This document shows, in pieces, positions 24,125 to 36,328 of a stretch of 64,000 nt of DNA. The translations under genes were made by a program, and so were the position numbers. Within the stretch, counting starts at the first letter, position 1; each line of letters begins with the position of its first letter. The stretch spans positions 1,596,602-1,660,601 of the forward strand of contig NW_003314298.1 of the NCBI RefSeq assembly GCF_000143415.4, given 5' to 3'. The notes under the pieces are model-generated. The model did not search any database. It saw only the letters and a program-made list of their open reading frames with translations, and was not told the origin of the DNA. Origin of the DNA: Selaginella moellendorffii. Taxonomy: Eukaryota; Plantae; Lycopodiophyta.

Positions 24125-25673
24125 TGAGCTTGTACAGTATGTGTATAGAAACTATTCTTTCTTTTCTCCTCTTTTTTATTTTATTTTATTTTATTTTTGT
24201 GGAATCCACTATTGCGATTCTACAATTCTACTCTCTAAATCGTCCAGATTATTTTGATTCAAGTGATAGTAGACAAACTTTCGATTAAATGCCTTTCGGA
24301 CAATTCTTGTGATCTTCCCAAAGCAGCAGACTTAGCGAAAACTTTGGCTGTCTTCGTACAAACAGGGAGCCGTCACATATAAACGGGGCCGTTTTCTTTC
24401 TTTTTTTTTTATTTCCCGTTCTTGCTGTTCCCGTTCTTGCTGTCCCAAAGTGGGGCCGTCAACCCGTCACTCGCGCCAAAAAGAAGGACTCGGGCCCCCA
24501 CGGTTGACGTCACTGGCGGGCCCTGTCCTTGGCAAGCTTTACACCAGGACTTTAACCAGCGTTTGCCCAACTTTGCTGTTTTATTTGCTTCGCCACCTTT
24601 CTCGTTCAGGTGTAAACATTTATCTGTGACACCTTTGTCCATATCCAAAACTCTTTTTCTTTCTTTTGTTTTCTCTTGTTTTGCCCTTGTTGTTGTGCCT
24701 TAGGCTAGCTAGTCCAGAAGAAAGAAAGACGGGAAAGCCCCACTGTTGTTTGATCTTGAAGTGCCACCACCCCTAAAGCAAGAGCTTTGATGACATTAGC
24801 ACGTTGTGGTGGACCTCAACCTCACGCACCTCTCTACTTTGCCAAGTTTTGATTAGCACACACACAGACCCAATGAGGATTTTGAAGTTTTGTGATCATT
24901 CTCAAAGAACTGTGTGGATCTTGGAAACAAAAGAGATAATATGAAGCTATGCTATAAGTGGACAAAAGCCTTTTTAAAATCTGAAACCTTCCACTTGTTA
25001 GCAGTTTGCTGCCACAGTGGTCCATCCCTGGCCCTTTGTATTGCACAGCAATAGTCTCCATACACAAAAAAAGAAAAGTTTTTGTATGTTGCTGCTGGTC
25101 CTGGGAAAAGCAAGCTACTGATCTTTTTCCCCATGAAAAAGATTTTTATTTATGTATTTATTTTGTTTTTTGTCTTTTCCTTTTTCTTTGCTTTTTTGCT
25201 TTGAATGGCTAGTGCCAAGGCCATTCATCATCAATCCATTTTCAAAATTCAAGTCCTGTGGAGATCAAATGGATGGCGATTGTCACTTGATTTCAGGCTT
25301 TGTCTCTTCTTGTTTATATTTTCTTTGCTTTCCGCCGGCCACCTTGACGCTAATATAATGTTTCTGAACATTTTCATCAAATTATAATAATAATGTTATT
25401 ATATAATGTACAAAACTTTCTTCTATTTTTCGTGTTCACAATAATTCTGGTGGCAGCAATATTCCTTCTTTTTTTTTCTCTCTCTCTGCTTCACCGTTAC
25501 GGTCTCCAGTCCATCTGGCAGCAAAGTCAATCAGTCCCCATTATAAAAATCTGGAGATTTTTCCAAAGTTTGTAACACGGCAAGAGGAAATTCACGACGA
25601 TCAGAGTAAAAAGAGAACTCGCAGGTACGAACCTGAGAGGTTCTCTGAGATGATATAACACGGCAATGGAAGC

Positions 25674-26995
25674 TTACGCCCATTCCCATGCCCACGCAAA
25701 CGAGCTCCCCTGTTCACCACCACCACTTTGGGCTTCTTCCATGAGGCCTTGCTCGTCCCTACAAGAGCTCTCTTCCAGTTTGATATGTTGTTGCTGCTGA
25801 CATTGCGGTTGCGGAGCATGGCTGTGATGGTCGAGAGCTGGCGGCTCTTGATCGCGAGCAAGGAACTCGTCGGCGTAGAGAAAGACGTGGTGCTGCTCGG
25901 CCTCGTTGCAATTGTAAGCAACAGTGGCGTCGGCTGTTGTCACAAGTGTCGCTGTTGTTAAGTGTTCTTGAATCGGGCTCTCAACTTCCAAAATCTCGCT
26001 GCCATCGCTGTCGGAGCAAAAGCTCCCCTCCTTCTTGGCGTCCATCATCGATATCGCGGCCTTGATGTCAATGGCTTGTTGCGCACCATCGAGCTGGGAA
26101 TTGGTGGTGGAAGCAGGCTCCTCATGATCGAATTCCATCTTGGCGAGTTCTTCCGCGGCCTCCTGTTTGATGCTCTTGCCCGAGCCAGCTTGCTTGCGAG
26201 GATCATCCATGCGAAGCTTCAGCCGAGAGACCTGTTAGAAAACATTTCATATCAGTATGAATTCGTGGCTCTGGAACGAGTATCATGCTTGAATTTCAGG
26301 AAAGAAGATCTACCTCAGCCTGGAGCTTGTCCCTCTCTTTGGCAAGATCCACGTAGCTCGCCTTCAAATCGTCATACTCCGACTTGAGGAGATCGTAGTC
26401 CTTCTCCAGCTGCTTGGTCTTCCACCTCGCTCGGCGGTTTTGGAACCACACGGCCACTTGCCTTGGCTGCAATCCAAGCTCCTTGGCCAGCTGAATCTTC
26501 CGGTCGGGCTCTAGCTTGTTCTCGATCTCGAAGTTCTTCTCCAGAGCCTTGACTTGCTCCACCGAGAGCCTCCGCTTCTTCTCGACGTGTTGAGCTATGG
26601 ATTCGTCGCACAAATCATCGTCGCCAGCCTCCTCAGTGGAGGCCTCGAAAATTGGGAAGAGAGGACGCTTGTGACAATGCATTCCTTCATCCATTCCTAG
26701 AAGAAAAAAGAGCCACGCATGAGTGAGTGATTGGTATTCATGATAGTTTTTCATGAGGGTGAAAGCTTGCAAGAGAAGAAAGAAAAGTAGGGAGAATCTT
26801 TAATTTGACAAAACCAAGAACTTGGAAGGAGGAATGGGAAATTTTGAGAAAAAAGGAAGAAAGCGTGAGCCTCTGACCTTGGAATGCCAATGGAGAACAC
26901 GATGCGATCACCGCCGCCAACCCATCCGCCGCGGTGCCACATTCCGGAGAGGCGAAAACATCAGCGAACAATCTGGGGGCTCCTGGCGATCCCAT
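25674..26995 (-). CDS. Homeodomain-leucine zipper class I transcription factor (3 exons)
   Basis: [19 protein letters not shown]...[28 protein letters not shown] plus zipper; C-terminal AHA-like FAWAWEW. Confidence 0.95.
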
Positions 26996-27315
26996 ATTCG
27001 TCTCGCCAGTACGAGAGTGGAAAGAAAAGAACGCCCTCGCTCGCTGCGCACTGCTCGACGTTGTCGCGAAATCCCCTCACATCACAAGAAATCTCCCAAG
27101 AAACGCAAATAATCGCTCTTAGACTGGGACTCTTGGGGAATCGATAGCAGGAGGAGACTCCCAGCACCACGGGAGACGAAATTCTTGCAAGAAAGAAAGT
27201 GGGACAAACCCCTAGAATCCACGCTGCAGCAATCGATGCAGTGGGCCACTTGCTCTCTAAGACAACGCGCTACTCCATCGCCATCGCCATCGCGAATTGG
27301 AAGCTCCACACAGGA

Positions 27316-27358
27316 AAGGAGGAGAAAGAGAGAGAGAGAGAAGAGAGAGAGAAGAGAG
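27316..27358. repeat. GA/CT microsatellite in the probable HD-Zip 5' leader
   Basis: (GA)n tract; reads CT-rich on the gene strand. Confidence 0.7.
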
Positions 27359-28727
27359 GCTCCCTCCAAGCTCAAACGCAAATGCGGCAAATGATCAAAC
27401 AAATGGGCCTCTTTTAAAAAACTGGGGCTGCCCACGTCGCGGGTTCGAACCCCGGCGGGGCCGTTATTCCTCGCAGCATTTCGTCATCTTCAGAGACCAA
27501 AGAAAAATGCTTTGTGTTTCATCCCAAGTGACAAACCTGCCATTTCCTTTTAACACTTTTTCTTTGCTTCGCCACCTTTTTTTTTTGCCCTAATGTTTAC
27601 ATGCGAAGGTCGCATTCGCGAACTTTAAATGCCTAACCATGTTGCCGGATTTTATATGGTGGCTTCACATGTGGAGGTTGGGTTTGGGAGAATTAGTATT
27701 CAAATGCATGGATGTGAGACGTTTCGTGGATTTTTATAGAGTTTTACTAAGGGAGATAGATCTCCACCGCGTCACGGGCAAAACATCCCTTCTAGGTTAT
27801 CAAAGAAGTTGGTAGGGTTTGTTCACAAAACCAGCCAATGGATGGAGACCCACTCCCATACAACCAAGCTTGGTTAGGACAAACCAGCAAAGATTTCTAC
27901 TGTGCACGCAATTGACAAGCAGCACAAAGGGTTGGAAATGTATCCCTTCAAAAAAGGGAGGAAGCATGATGTACAACAATGTGTGCTTGCTTGCATTGCA
28001 CAAATTGTCCCCCACCCAATGCTCACAGATTTGATGAGAGCTCTACATTAGCCCTCTCAATGTCACCATCCTTGGAGCTCATAGATCTTGGAGCTCCCAA
28101 TTCCTGGACCACACCACCTCCTTTTTCTCTCCTTCTTCCTTCCTTCTTTTCTCCAGAGCTGAAATTTTAGATTCTGGCCAAGTCCGGCCTCCGGTTCGAT
28201 CCTCTCATCTATTTTATTATACAGAAGAACAAAAATAGATACAACAAAAGAAAAGAAATAAAACTGTTTGCTAGTCCAGCATTTACAAGCATTGGAAGTC
28301 TCCATTCTCCAATGCTATAAACAAATAGACACTATCTATCCAACCAAGGCCGCCACAAGATGCCAGCCTCCAGGTAAGTAAGGCGAGGTAATAATCATTA
28401 GCATTGTTTGTGCGTTGAGATTTGCTATGTTGCTGGTTTGTTTTTACCTTTTGTCGCGCCCCAGGTCAATCCTTTTTGTTGTCAGAGATAAAACAAGGGA
28501 AGGGAGGCTCTGGAATTCCGAGAAGATGCCTTTAAGGCATGGAAGATTATGCGGAGAATCTTGGGTAGTCCGCTTCCTTTTTCTTCACTTGGGATTTTCT
28601 TGTATTTCTACACAAAGCTAGAGTTCGCATCATTACAGATTTTTTCTCTTTCATTGATTAATGACAATGTTTAAGTCTCATACTTGGTATACATCTTGGC
28701 ACAATTTAATAAGAAATAGTTTTGATC

Positions 28728-30407
28728 TTACATTTTGCCTTTCAGAGTTTGCGTCGATAAAAACCCGGACAAAACCTGGAAGTAAGTTACATCATGAGAG
28801 ACTGGAGTGTTTGATCCACAAAACTCACTTCACCAGCGCAGCTCTCGATCTTGAAGGAAGCAATCTCGTCGGCTCTAGTTTTTCCGACGTTGATTACGGC
28901 GATGGGAGAGCCTTGCTTATGAGCGGCACTGGCAACAGAGAGAAACGATTCACACAACTCAAAAAAAGGCTCCCACTTACCTCACAAGACGAAAGGCCGA
29001 TAAAACCATTACAGACGAGCCAACGATGAGTAAAGCATCCGACTCTTGAACCATGCTTGCAGCAGCTCGAGCTCGATCTAAAGGAACGTTATCTCCGAAG
29101 AAAACCACCTGCGAAACAAAACAACCGCGAATTAACCGAGAATGTCCTGGAGGCGAACTAGTGTTTTCATTTTATCCAGGAGAAACTCGAAGAACTTACG
29201 TGAGGCTTCAAGTTTCCACCACAGGCCTGGCATGCCGGGATCTGGAAATCATCCCTGGAGAAGACGCTGTCGTCGATTTCTATGTCGCCATCCGGTCGCT
29301 GCTGCATTCCAAAGCTCACATCCGACCCGACGACTCCACCGCTTTCCACAATCTCCACGGCCGCTGCCCACTTGGTAGAAGCACGACAAAGTTATAAGCG
29401 TATGGATCAAGAACAAAAGAAAGCATACCTCCAAGTTGAGAAGTTTCAAGCGGTCCTGGAAAGTTTGTCTGGGACTTAAATCGCCGCAGCTCAGGCACAC
29501 GACTTGGTGCGTTGTTCCGTGCAGCTCGATGGGATTGCTCCCGGCTTTGTGATGCAATCTATGAGGAGAAACGAGAAAAAACAGTGGAAGATCGTCGATC
29601 GATCGAGAAATCTCATGAAAGTATTGGATCAACCTGTCAACGTTTTGCGTGATCATCCCCGTGGTTCGTGCGTCGTCTCCCTCGAGCTTTGCGAGAGCAA
29701 TGTGACTTGGACCTGGTTGAGTTTGCGAAAATCGTCTCCAGCCAATGTAGCTGCGAGCCCAGTACCGTCTCCTGCTATAAGCGGACTTAAGAAATTCCTG
29801 GTAGAAGAAAAAAGAAGAAAATTCTTTAAGGAAAAACATTTGGTTCGTTTATTTCTCTTTTACCTGGTGAGTTATTGGCTTGAAACCTGTGCTATAAGCT
29901 CCTTGTGGACTGGCACCTTGAATACAGCAGCTATGAAAACCAAGAGATTTTTTTATTTTTCTCTTTTTACCCTCTATAGTCTGGAATTCCAGACTCGGTG
30001 CTCACACCGGCGCCAGTTATCACGGTCAGCTTCTTGCTGGATTTGAAAGAACGCACCAAAAAATCTAAGATTGAAAGAATAAGAGAAATTCAGTTACCTG
30101 TTTTGTAAGAAGTTGGAAAGGAGTTCATAGTCCCGGGAAGTGGGAGGAGCAGAGTGTGGGATGAGATTTCTATCGCCTGGTGTTTTAAATCTCACCACCT
30201 CGGTTCGGGTAGACAAGCATCTGGATTTGAATGGAAGAAACCAAAGCCGCGATGGAAAATCTGACAAGCAAAGCTCGAATTTTGCTTGGTGAAATCGAAT
30301 GGTTTACCTTGTCTTGGCAATTGGAACCTTGTTGCCTGTGGCGCGACAAATAATAAGAAGGAGGAAAACGTAAGACTTACCGGCGCCATCGCCCAAAAGC
30401 GTTGCAT
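28728..30407 (-). CDS. SRT2: NAD-dependent deacylase sirtuin, class II (SIRT4-like)
   Basis: TGAGVSTESGIPDYR, RRRYWARSYIGWRRF, ITQNVDRLH, ELHG, QRPDGD, CQACGGNLKP; presequence-like N-terminus. Confidence 0.92.
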
Positions 30408-32926
30408 CCCTAGGGCTGGGAGTATTAATTGGAAAAATTGTCGTGAAAAGCAGAGCAAAGTAAATATGCAAAAAAGTTGATAATGTTGTTTACTTTTTGA
30501 TGAGCATAGTAAGTCTTAAAGTTTTTATATATCTAATTCTAAGTACAATAAAAAAAACAGTGAAGGTTGTATTTCATTATAATCTTATAAAATATAAAAT
30601 TATTCAGAATTTTCTCTTAATATAAGCTCAAATAGTATTTTTGAGTATGATTCTAAATATAAACTTCTTCTAAACTGTAATTATATAAATAATAAAGCAC
30701 ATTTAATCATATATTTTAATATAAATCTTACTTCCTAAAACTCACATTAGTATTTTAAACAATTTATTATAAGTGCAGACTAAAAAGGAAGAGAGCTTGG
30801 TAGGATGGAAATAGTAGCTTTCTTGAGTCATTAATAGAAAATTAAAATAAAAAATTAAATAGAGATTAATATTTATATTCCCTATGTTAAACATAATCCT
30901 GAAAAATCTGTCACAGACCTTAGTTTTTTTTAATTTTTGAAGGAAAAAGCTATATTAAATATTTTAAACAATCTACTATTTAATACAACCATAATTTTAA
31001 AAAATTTGGTAATTCATTTTCAAAACTGTAGATTAATGTACTAAGTAGCTGAAACATTTTATTTATTATTTACAAAAGAGTCTTTGTTTTCCTAGATAAA
31101 TTAACAAAAGTGCAAAGAATTAAATGCTAGTGACATGAACTATATTAATAAGCTTTAAAAATAATTTATAAATCTAAAATTTATAAGATAGCAATATACT
31201 TGTACATGAAAATATTTGATATTTTATAATCATGAACTTTGATGTAAAATGCATAAATTCTATCTCAAATACTTGTACATTGTTTCACAGAACAATTATA
31301 TTTTGAAAATTATTAGTCATTTCACCAAATATTACCAAAAACTGACAAAAGAAAAGTAAAAAAAATACTGTTTTTAATTAATGTTATATAAGTGTTGGTG
31401 TGCATATTATGTACACTATATTAAAAAATAAACTGTCTGGCTCTCTCAAAAATCTCCCAGACACCTGTCATTGCTTGCTTCAAATAATCACCCCTTTTTT
31501 TGGTATGTTGTGGCTGGAAAACAAACGCACATCAAATATCAACTCTTCTCTTGGTACTTGCATTGTGCTTAGGCATCTAAATCATTGTCTCTAGGATCCT
31601 TGCTTGGTACTAGAATTAAAGGTCAAACTTGAGGCTGCAAAAGAGCAAAAGTGTTGTGTAACAGGACATAGATGGGGAAGTAAAACTTCAATAAGAGTAC
31701 TTCCGCTTGGAAAACTCGAAATGGACTTGACAAGCATTGAGGATCACCCATTTTAAATTACACGCTGCAGTCAGCCTTGAATAAGAGTTTGACAATGTTT
31801 TGGAAAGTCCCTTCACAGCAAATTAAGTGGAATTCTAAAGGGAGAACCTATTCATGTACATTGACTGGTTTCCCACCTTAAGTGAAAATCCAAACCCATG
31901 AACAAAAGATCATAGGAACAGTAGGGTCTATTAGTTCCGTATATTTTCCATGTGCTGTAAATTAGTATATGTATATATGTAACTTGTTTTAAATCTTGTG
32001 GTGCCCATCTAAACATGAGATCCCAACTCAGTATATGAAAAGTTGGTGAACTCGCACTATGTTTCTCCTTACTTTAGCTACCAACAAGATTAAGCACTAC
32101 TTGTATACGAGAGAATTCTGCGCAGATACATAAAAGTTTTGTGAGAGTCTAGCAGTGCCCATCTTGAAGCAGGATGGATGCAAAATTGCAGTTTGAACTA
32201 TCCATGCCAATTATCCTATTATCCGCCCTGCCTAGGTCGTGTGGTCGTTCAAGATCTCTGGTGTCGCATGCGAGACGTGGATTTGGCATCGCAGCTCCAT
32301 GCATGTTACGTAGTTGGGATGACAATGGTGGCGAGGAGCGTGTCTGTCTCCCCGTTCCAGTCCATGTCTTGCGTGCGGAACTCCGTGCAGGCAATGCATG
32401 ACCGTGTCCGTTTCTTCCGCGCAGACCGGGCAGAGTCGGAGGCGTCGTGGAATTTTCGTTTGGCCGCATCACCCAAGCTGGATATGCCTCGAATGCAAGC
32501 TCCTCCTGAATCATCCACAACCACAAAAGCAATGGGCACTGTTTATCTGAAGAACAGAGGGACAAGAGTGTGAAAGGCATCCATTGCATTGGCCTCCAGT
32601 TGGGCACCCAATAGACCCCAAAAATATGCAAGCATACAACAGCCAAGGACTAGGTGCTTGAACCAGAGCTATCTAAGCGGACCTCGTCCTTGGATGAAAT
32701 AGCATAATATCCTTAAAGCCAGATTCTCCCACTTATAAAAACTTTGTTGTTTGAGATCACGTCGCGTCGTCCCTCTTTTCTTGATTCGAACCAATCTGTT
32801 CAAGGTTGACATATAAGAGAATTTGAATTTGATCTAGGAATTATAAATAAGCCGCCATCGAGCAACAGTCTTTAAAATTTACAAAGGGTAACAAAATATA
32901 GTTACAGCGCTTTACAAAATAGCTTT

Positions 32927-33739
32927 CTACCAGTCGCCGCCACCAAAGTCTCCACCGCCAAAATCCCCACCACCATAGTCCCCACCACCATAGTCCCCAC
33001 CATAGCCTCCATCGTAGTGAGCATCGTTAATCATATCTCCAACAAGTAAACCCCCCAGTAGCCCCGCGCCCAAACCGAGCCCAGCCCCGCCCATACCCAT
33101 ACCACCCCCGCCAAACCGGTTCCTTCTCGGGGGCATCATTGGCTGCATAACCGGGGCGCCGTACGCCGGCGGGTAGTACGGCTGCTGCTGCTGCTGGTAC
33201 ATTCCTTGCTGCTGGGGTGGATATCCCGCCGCCGGGGGATATGCCTGGGGATATGCCGAGGATGGTCCTTGCCCCTGTGGGTTGTAAGGGTAGGCCGTGG
33301 GCGCCGGCTGCTGTGTTCTTGACGAATTCCCCTGGAATTTCTCCCCGACCTTGACAGAGACGTGGATCGTGCCTTGCAATCGCCCCGATGGGCGCCGGAC
33401 CTTGAAGGAGAGGGGCGCATCGCCGGATCCCTTGGTGGAGATCTCCTGGAGGGGGATATTGGCGCGCCCCACGATCGTGCTCTCGAGAAATCCCCTGTGG
33501 TAAATCTCCAGGACCAGGAATGCGCCCGGCTGCTGGAGCAATTGATCCTCCACCGACAGCATCAGCTTCTCGTTCCAGCGAGGGTTCTTACCCGGCAGCT
33601 GCGACAGATTTGTGGACGCCTTGCGCGACGGATCCACCCACGCCACCACGTACGTTTGCATCTTGCCGACGAGCTTCACATCCTTGAGGTCCTCCGCCGA
33701 GATGGGCGTCACTTCGAGCATCCGGAGCTCCGTCGTCAT
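32927..33739 (-). CDS. C2-domain protein, SRC2-like, with Pro/Tyr/Gln-rich linker and GGD(Y/F) tail (single exon)
   Basis: LEVTPISAEDLKDV...YVVAWVDP...GKNPRWNE...VRRPSGRLQG; GLGAGLLGGLLVGDMI tail. Confidence 0.88.
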   Translation of the reverse strand: MTTELRMLEVTPISAEDLKDVKLVGKMQTYVVAWVDPSRKASTNLSQLPGKNPRWNEKLMLSVEDQLLQQPGAFLVLEIYHRGFLESTIVGRANIPLQEISTKGSGDAPLSFKVRRPSGRLQGTIHVSVKVGEKFQGNSSRTQQPAPTAYPYNPQGQGPSSAYPQAYPPAAGYPPQQQGMYQQQQQPYYPPAYGAPVMQPMMPPRRNRFGGGGMGMGGAGLGLGAGLLGGLLVGDMINDAHYDGGYGGDYGGGDYGGGDFGGGDFGGGDW

Positions 33740-33804
33740 CGCCAAATCGATGGATTCTTCGCCCTCCAAGCTATTTCTTTAAAGTCCCCAAAACCGCCAT
33801 GGAG

Positions 33805-33898
33805 CACGCGTGACCGTCGATTTCGTGGAACCGTGACAATTTGACACGTCAGACACTTGCGGACACGGATCGATACGCGGTGGCAGCATTTCACGTGC
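33805..33898. promoter_or_regulatory. Cluster of CGCG (CAMTA-type) and ACGT boxes upstream of the C2 gene
   Basis: CACGCGTG 33805, ACACGTC 33844, ACGCGG 33875, CACGTG 33892. Confidence 0.45.
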
Positions 33899-34159
33899 CA
33901 TTCATTCGTAGCACGGTTCGATTCCTGGAATTGACATTTCAAAGATCGTGGGCCTTTTTCTCCATTTTGGAGCAATTCATTCTTTTAGCGGTTCGATTCC
34001 TGGCAATGATATTTTAAGAGCCCTAATTTTGGACATAGACACGACATTTCTTCCCTGTACAACGAAAGCAACCCAAGAGCAAAGGAACAACGCGGCCTTG
34101 TCGCAATCGCGAGAGAGATTCCCCAAATTCGCTATCGATTGATCGATCGCTGGCACCGA

Positions 34160-35482
34160 TCAGTAACAGATTGGACATCTCACGAGACCGTTTTCATTGC
34201 AATCCCAGCAGCGCACGATCCCCTGCCCGCCACCATCGCCACCGCCACCGGCCACCAGGAGCTTGCAGCTCCCGCCACACTCGACGCACGGGATGAATCG
34301 CGCGCCGCCGCACCCCTCGCAAGATCTCTTGACCCTCTCCTTGGGGATCCCTTCCAGGAGCTCGCGCAGGACTCCGCTCTCGTTGAGCGCCATCACCTCC
34401 TCGCCGCCACCGATGTGGCGCCCCTTGATGAACAGGCGAGGCACCGGCGCGGCGCCCACCAGATCGCGCAGCTCGCGCCGGAACTCGGCGTGCATCGCCA
34501 CGTCCCGCTCGTCGATCCGCGCGAAATTCACCTCCAGGATCGTCCTCACCGCCCGGCACAGCTCGTGGGTCTTGCGGATCCCCTGGAGGCTCGTCACGTA
34601 GAGCACCACGCGATTCTCCCCGCCCGGAGGGCACTTGCGATCGAATCGCTCCAGGAGCTCTTCCTCCCGCCGCTGCTTGAAATCGCGGAGATGGGAGAGA
34701 TCACAATGGCGATCCGCCAAGTTGGTCTTGTCTCGCAAGCAATTGCCACCGCCACTACCAGTGCTCTTGGCGACGATCGCCTCCAATCTCTCCATCTTTC
34801 TCGGCCCGACGATGTACCAATCTTCCAGCGACGATGGGGGCGAGGAGCCCGCGATCTCTCCCTTGCTTTGCCAGTCCTCCACGCTCCTGGGCGATTCCTT
34901 GTCGCCCTCCGCAAGCCAGGCACCGTAGAAGAGCCCCTTCTTCACGCCTGGCGACAGCACGCTTGGCGATAGCAGCGGCGGCGACCTTCCAATCTTCTCG
35001 CCGGATTTGCGGAGGAGGCTCGCGTTGGGCGATTTCTCCTCCAGCACCAGCGGCAATCCCGCGACAAGCCCCTGGAATTCGCTCGATCGCGACAGGGAGG
35101 AGTGTGGCAGCGACACCGATTTGCTGTAAGTCCGAGCTCTCTTCCGGGGCTTGGCGATGGAGCTCGAGCACAGCGCCGTCTCGTCCACAATCTCCCACGA
35201 ATCGCTCTCCCGGACCCTGGGCTTGCTGGGATTGATCACCTCCCCCGGATCCTCTACTCCCTCTTCTTCCTCCTCGATTTCTTGCGAGAAATCGGCCGAT
35301 CTCTCGTAGCGATGCAAGGCGGCGCCATAGCTGGACTGGCGATGATCGGAGGAACAATTGGAGAAGGACATGGACGACACGGGCGGCATCGACCAGCTGC
35401 GCGACAGGCTCCTCACCAGCGGGAGATTCCAGCCTTGATCCGCCCTAGGAGCGCTGCCATTCTTGGAGGAACTGCAGCCCAT
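34160..35482 (-). CDS. Glutaredoxin-like domain protein with C-terminal CxxC zinc module and MGC N-terminus
   Basis: MGCSSSK; CPPGGENRVVLYVTSLQGIRKT, IDERDV, VPRLFIKGRHIGG, CEGCGGARFIPCVECGGS...RCWDCNENGLVRCPIC. Confidence 0.9.
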   Translation of the reverse strand: MGCSSSKNGSAPRADQGWNLPLVRSLSRSWSMPPVSSMSFSNCSSDHRQSSYGAALHRYERSADFSQEIEEEEEGVEDPGEVINPSKPRVRESDSWEIVDETALCSSSIAKPRKRARTYSKSVSLPHSSLSRSSEFQGLVAGLPLVLEEKSPNASLLRKSGEKIGRSPPLLSPSVLSPGVKKGLFYGAWLAEGDKESPRSVEDWQSKGEIAGSSPPSSLEDWYIVGPRKMERLEAIVAKSTGSGGGNCLRDKTNLADRHCDLSHLRDFKQRREEELLERFDRKCPPGGENRVVLYVTSLQGIRKTHELCRAVRTILEVNFARIDERDVAMHAEFRRELRDLVGAAPVPRLFIKGRHIGGGEEVMALNESGVLRELLEGIPKERVKRSCEGCGGARFIPCVECGGSCKLLVAGGGGDGGGQGIVRCWDCNENGLVRCPICY

Positions 35483-36328
35483 GGGAGAAACGATCTTCCA
35501 CTCCCAGCTCCTGGATCTCAAGAACCCTAGAAAAAAGAAGTGGATTTAGCACCAGCGCCCTAGACAAGGAAGGGCGAGGCGAGCTTACCTCTGGCAGTGG
35601 CAGCGCCGAGATGGATCGCTCAGCGGCCATGGTCTGAGCGCCGGGGGGCGCGATTTCTCGCCGCGATCATCGCAATGTGGATCTTGATCGATCCTTAGTG
35701 ATCCACAAGAACACGCAAGGAAAGGAAAAAGATGCCCACTTGATCTCCACTAGCGCTGGCGGCCGGGGGCGAGCGACCGGGCTTAGCGCTTCCACACGTA
35801 GCGTGGCAAATGCATGGCAGCCAGGGGAACGTCTAGCCCCTGTTGTAGCGCTTCCAATGGCGCAAAAAGAAAGTGCGGACAAATAAAGGAAGCCAAAGAG
35901 CTGTTGCGAACCAGCGGCCAGGATTTCGTCTCTCTCCTCTGGCAATTCTAGGGCAATTTGGAATTTCTCCCTGACACCATCACTGAGGAGCGATGGAATG
36001 GTGGTGTCGTGGCCTTGCCGGTAGATGCGAGGTTAATTCGTGCGCGTGGAATCTTAGATCCGTCCAATTTCTCGCAGGTGAGAGCGGACGATCCGTGAAT
36101 CTTGTCTCTTTTGAGTCTATAGAGCATTCATGGCTATGGAAAGCTTCATGAGACCTCTTCGTTGTCTCTTCTCTTCTCTAAGATTTACAAAAAAGCGCTA
36201 GACCTGGATCTCTTCTTTCTGAGCGTTGTGCGTTTGATCAATTGCAATTGGAGCTTGTCAACACGATCTGGAAGGAAAGAACCAGACTTAGTTCTGGGGA
36301 TGTTCTACCAAGAGCTCTTCCTGTGATC

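Noticed and set aside
26961-27170. Non-AUG ORF (LGVSSCYRFPKSPSLR) faintly like the ATHB1 conserved uORF peptide
   Set aside because: Similarity is limited to a few residues and there is no AUG start.
27437-27463. B-box-like GGTTCGAACCCC hairpin
   Set aside because: No D-arm, A-box or anticodon arm; not a tRNA.
28025-28105. Repeated GAGCTC motifs resembling miR159/319 ends
   Set aside because: No full mature miRNA match and no convincing stem-loop.
30480-31400. Very AT-rich tract
   Set aside because: No terminal repeats, ORFs or periodicity that I could support.
31400-32700. Several short ORFs, including 32149-32646
   Set aside because: No recognisable domain or consistent splice model; possibly decayed gene or TE sequence.
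34139-35530. Long antisense and alternate-frame ORFs over GC-rich genes (also over NPF, ClpB, CHLM, the kinase and GST)
   Set aside because: Expected shadows of GC3-rich coding sequence; no independent motifs.
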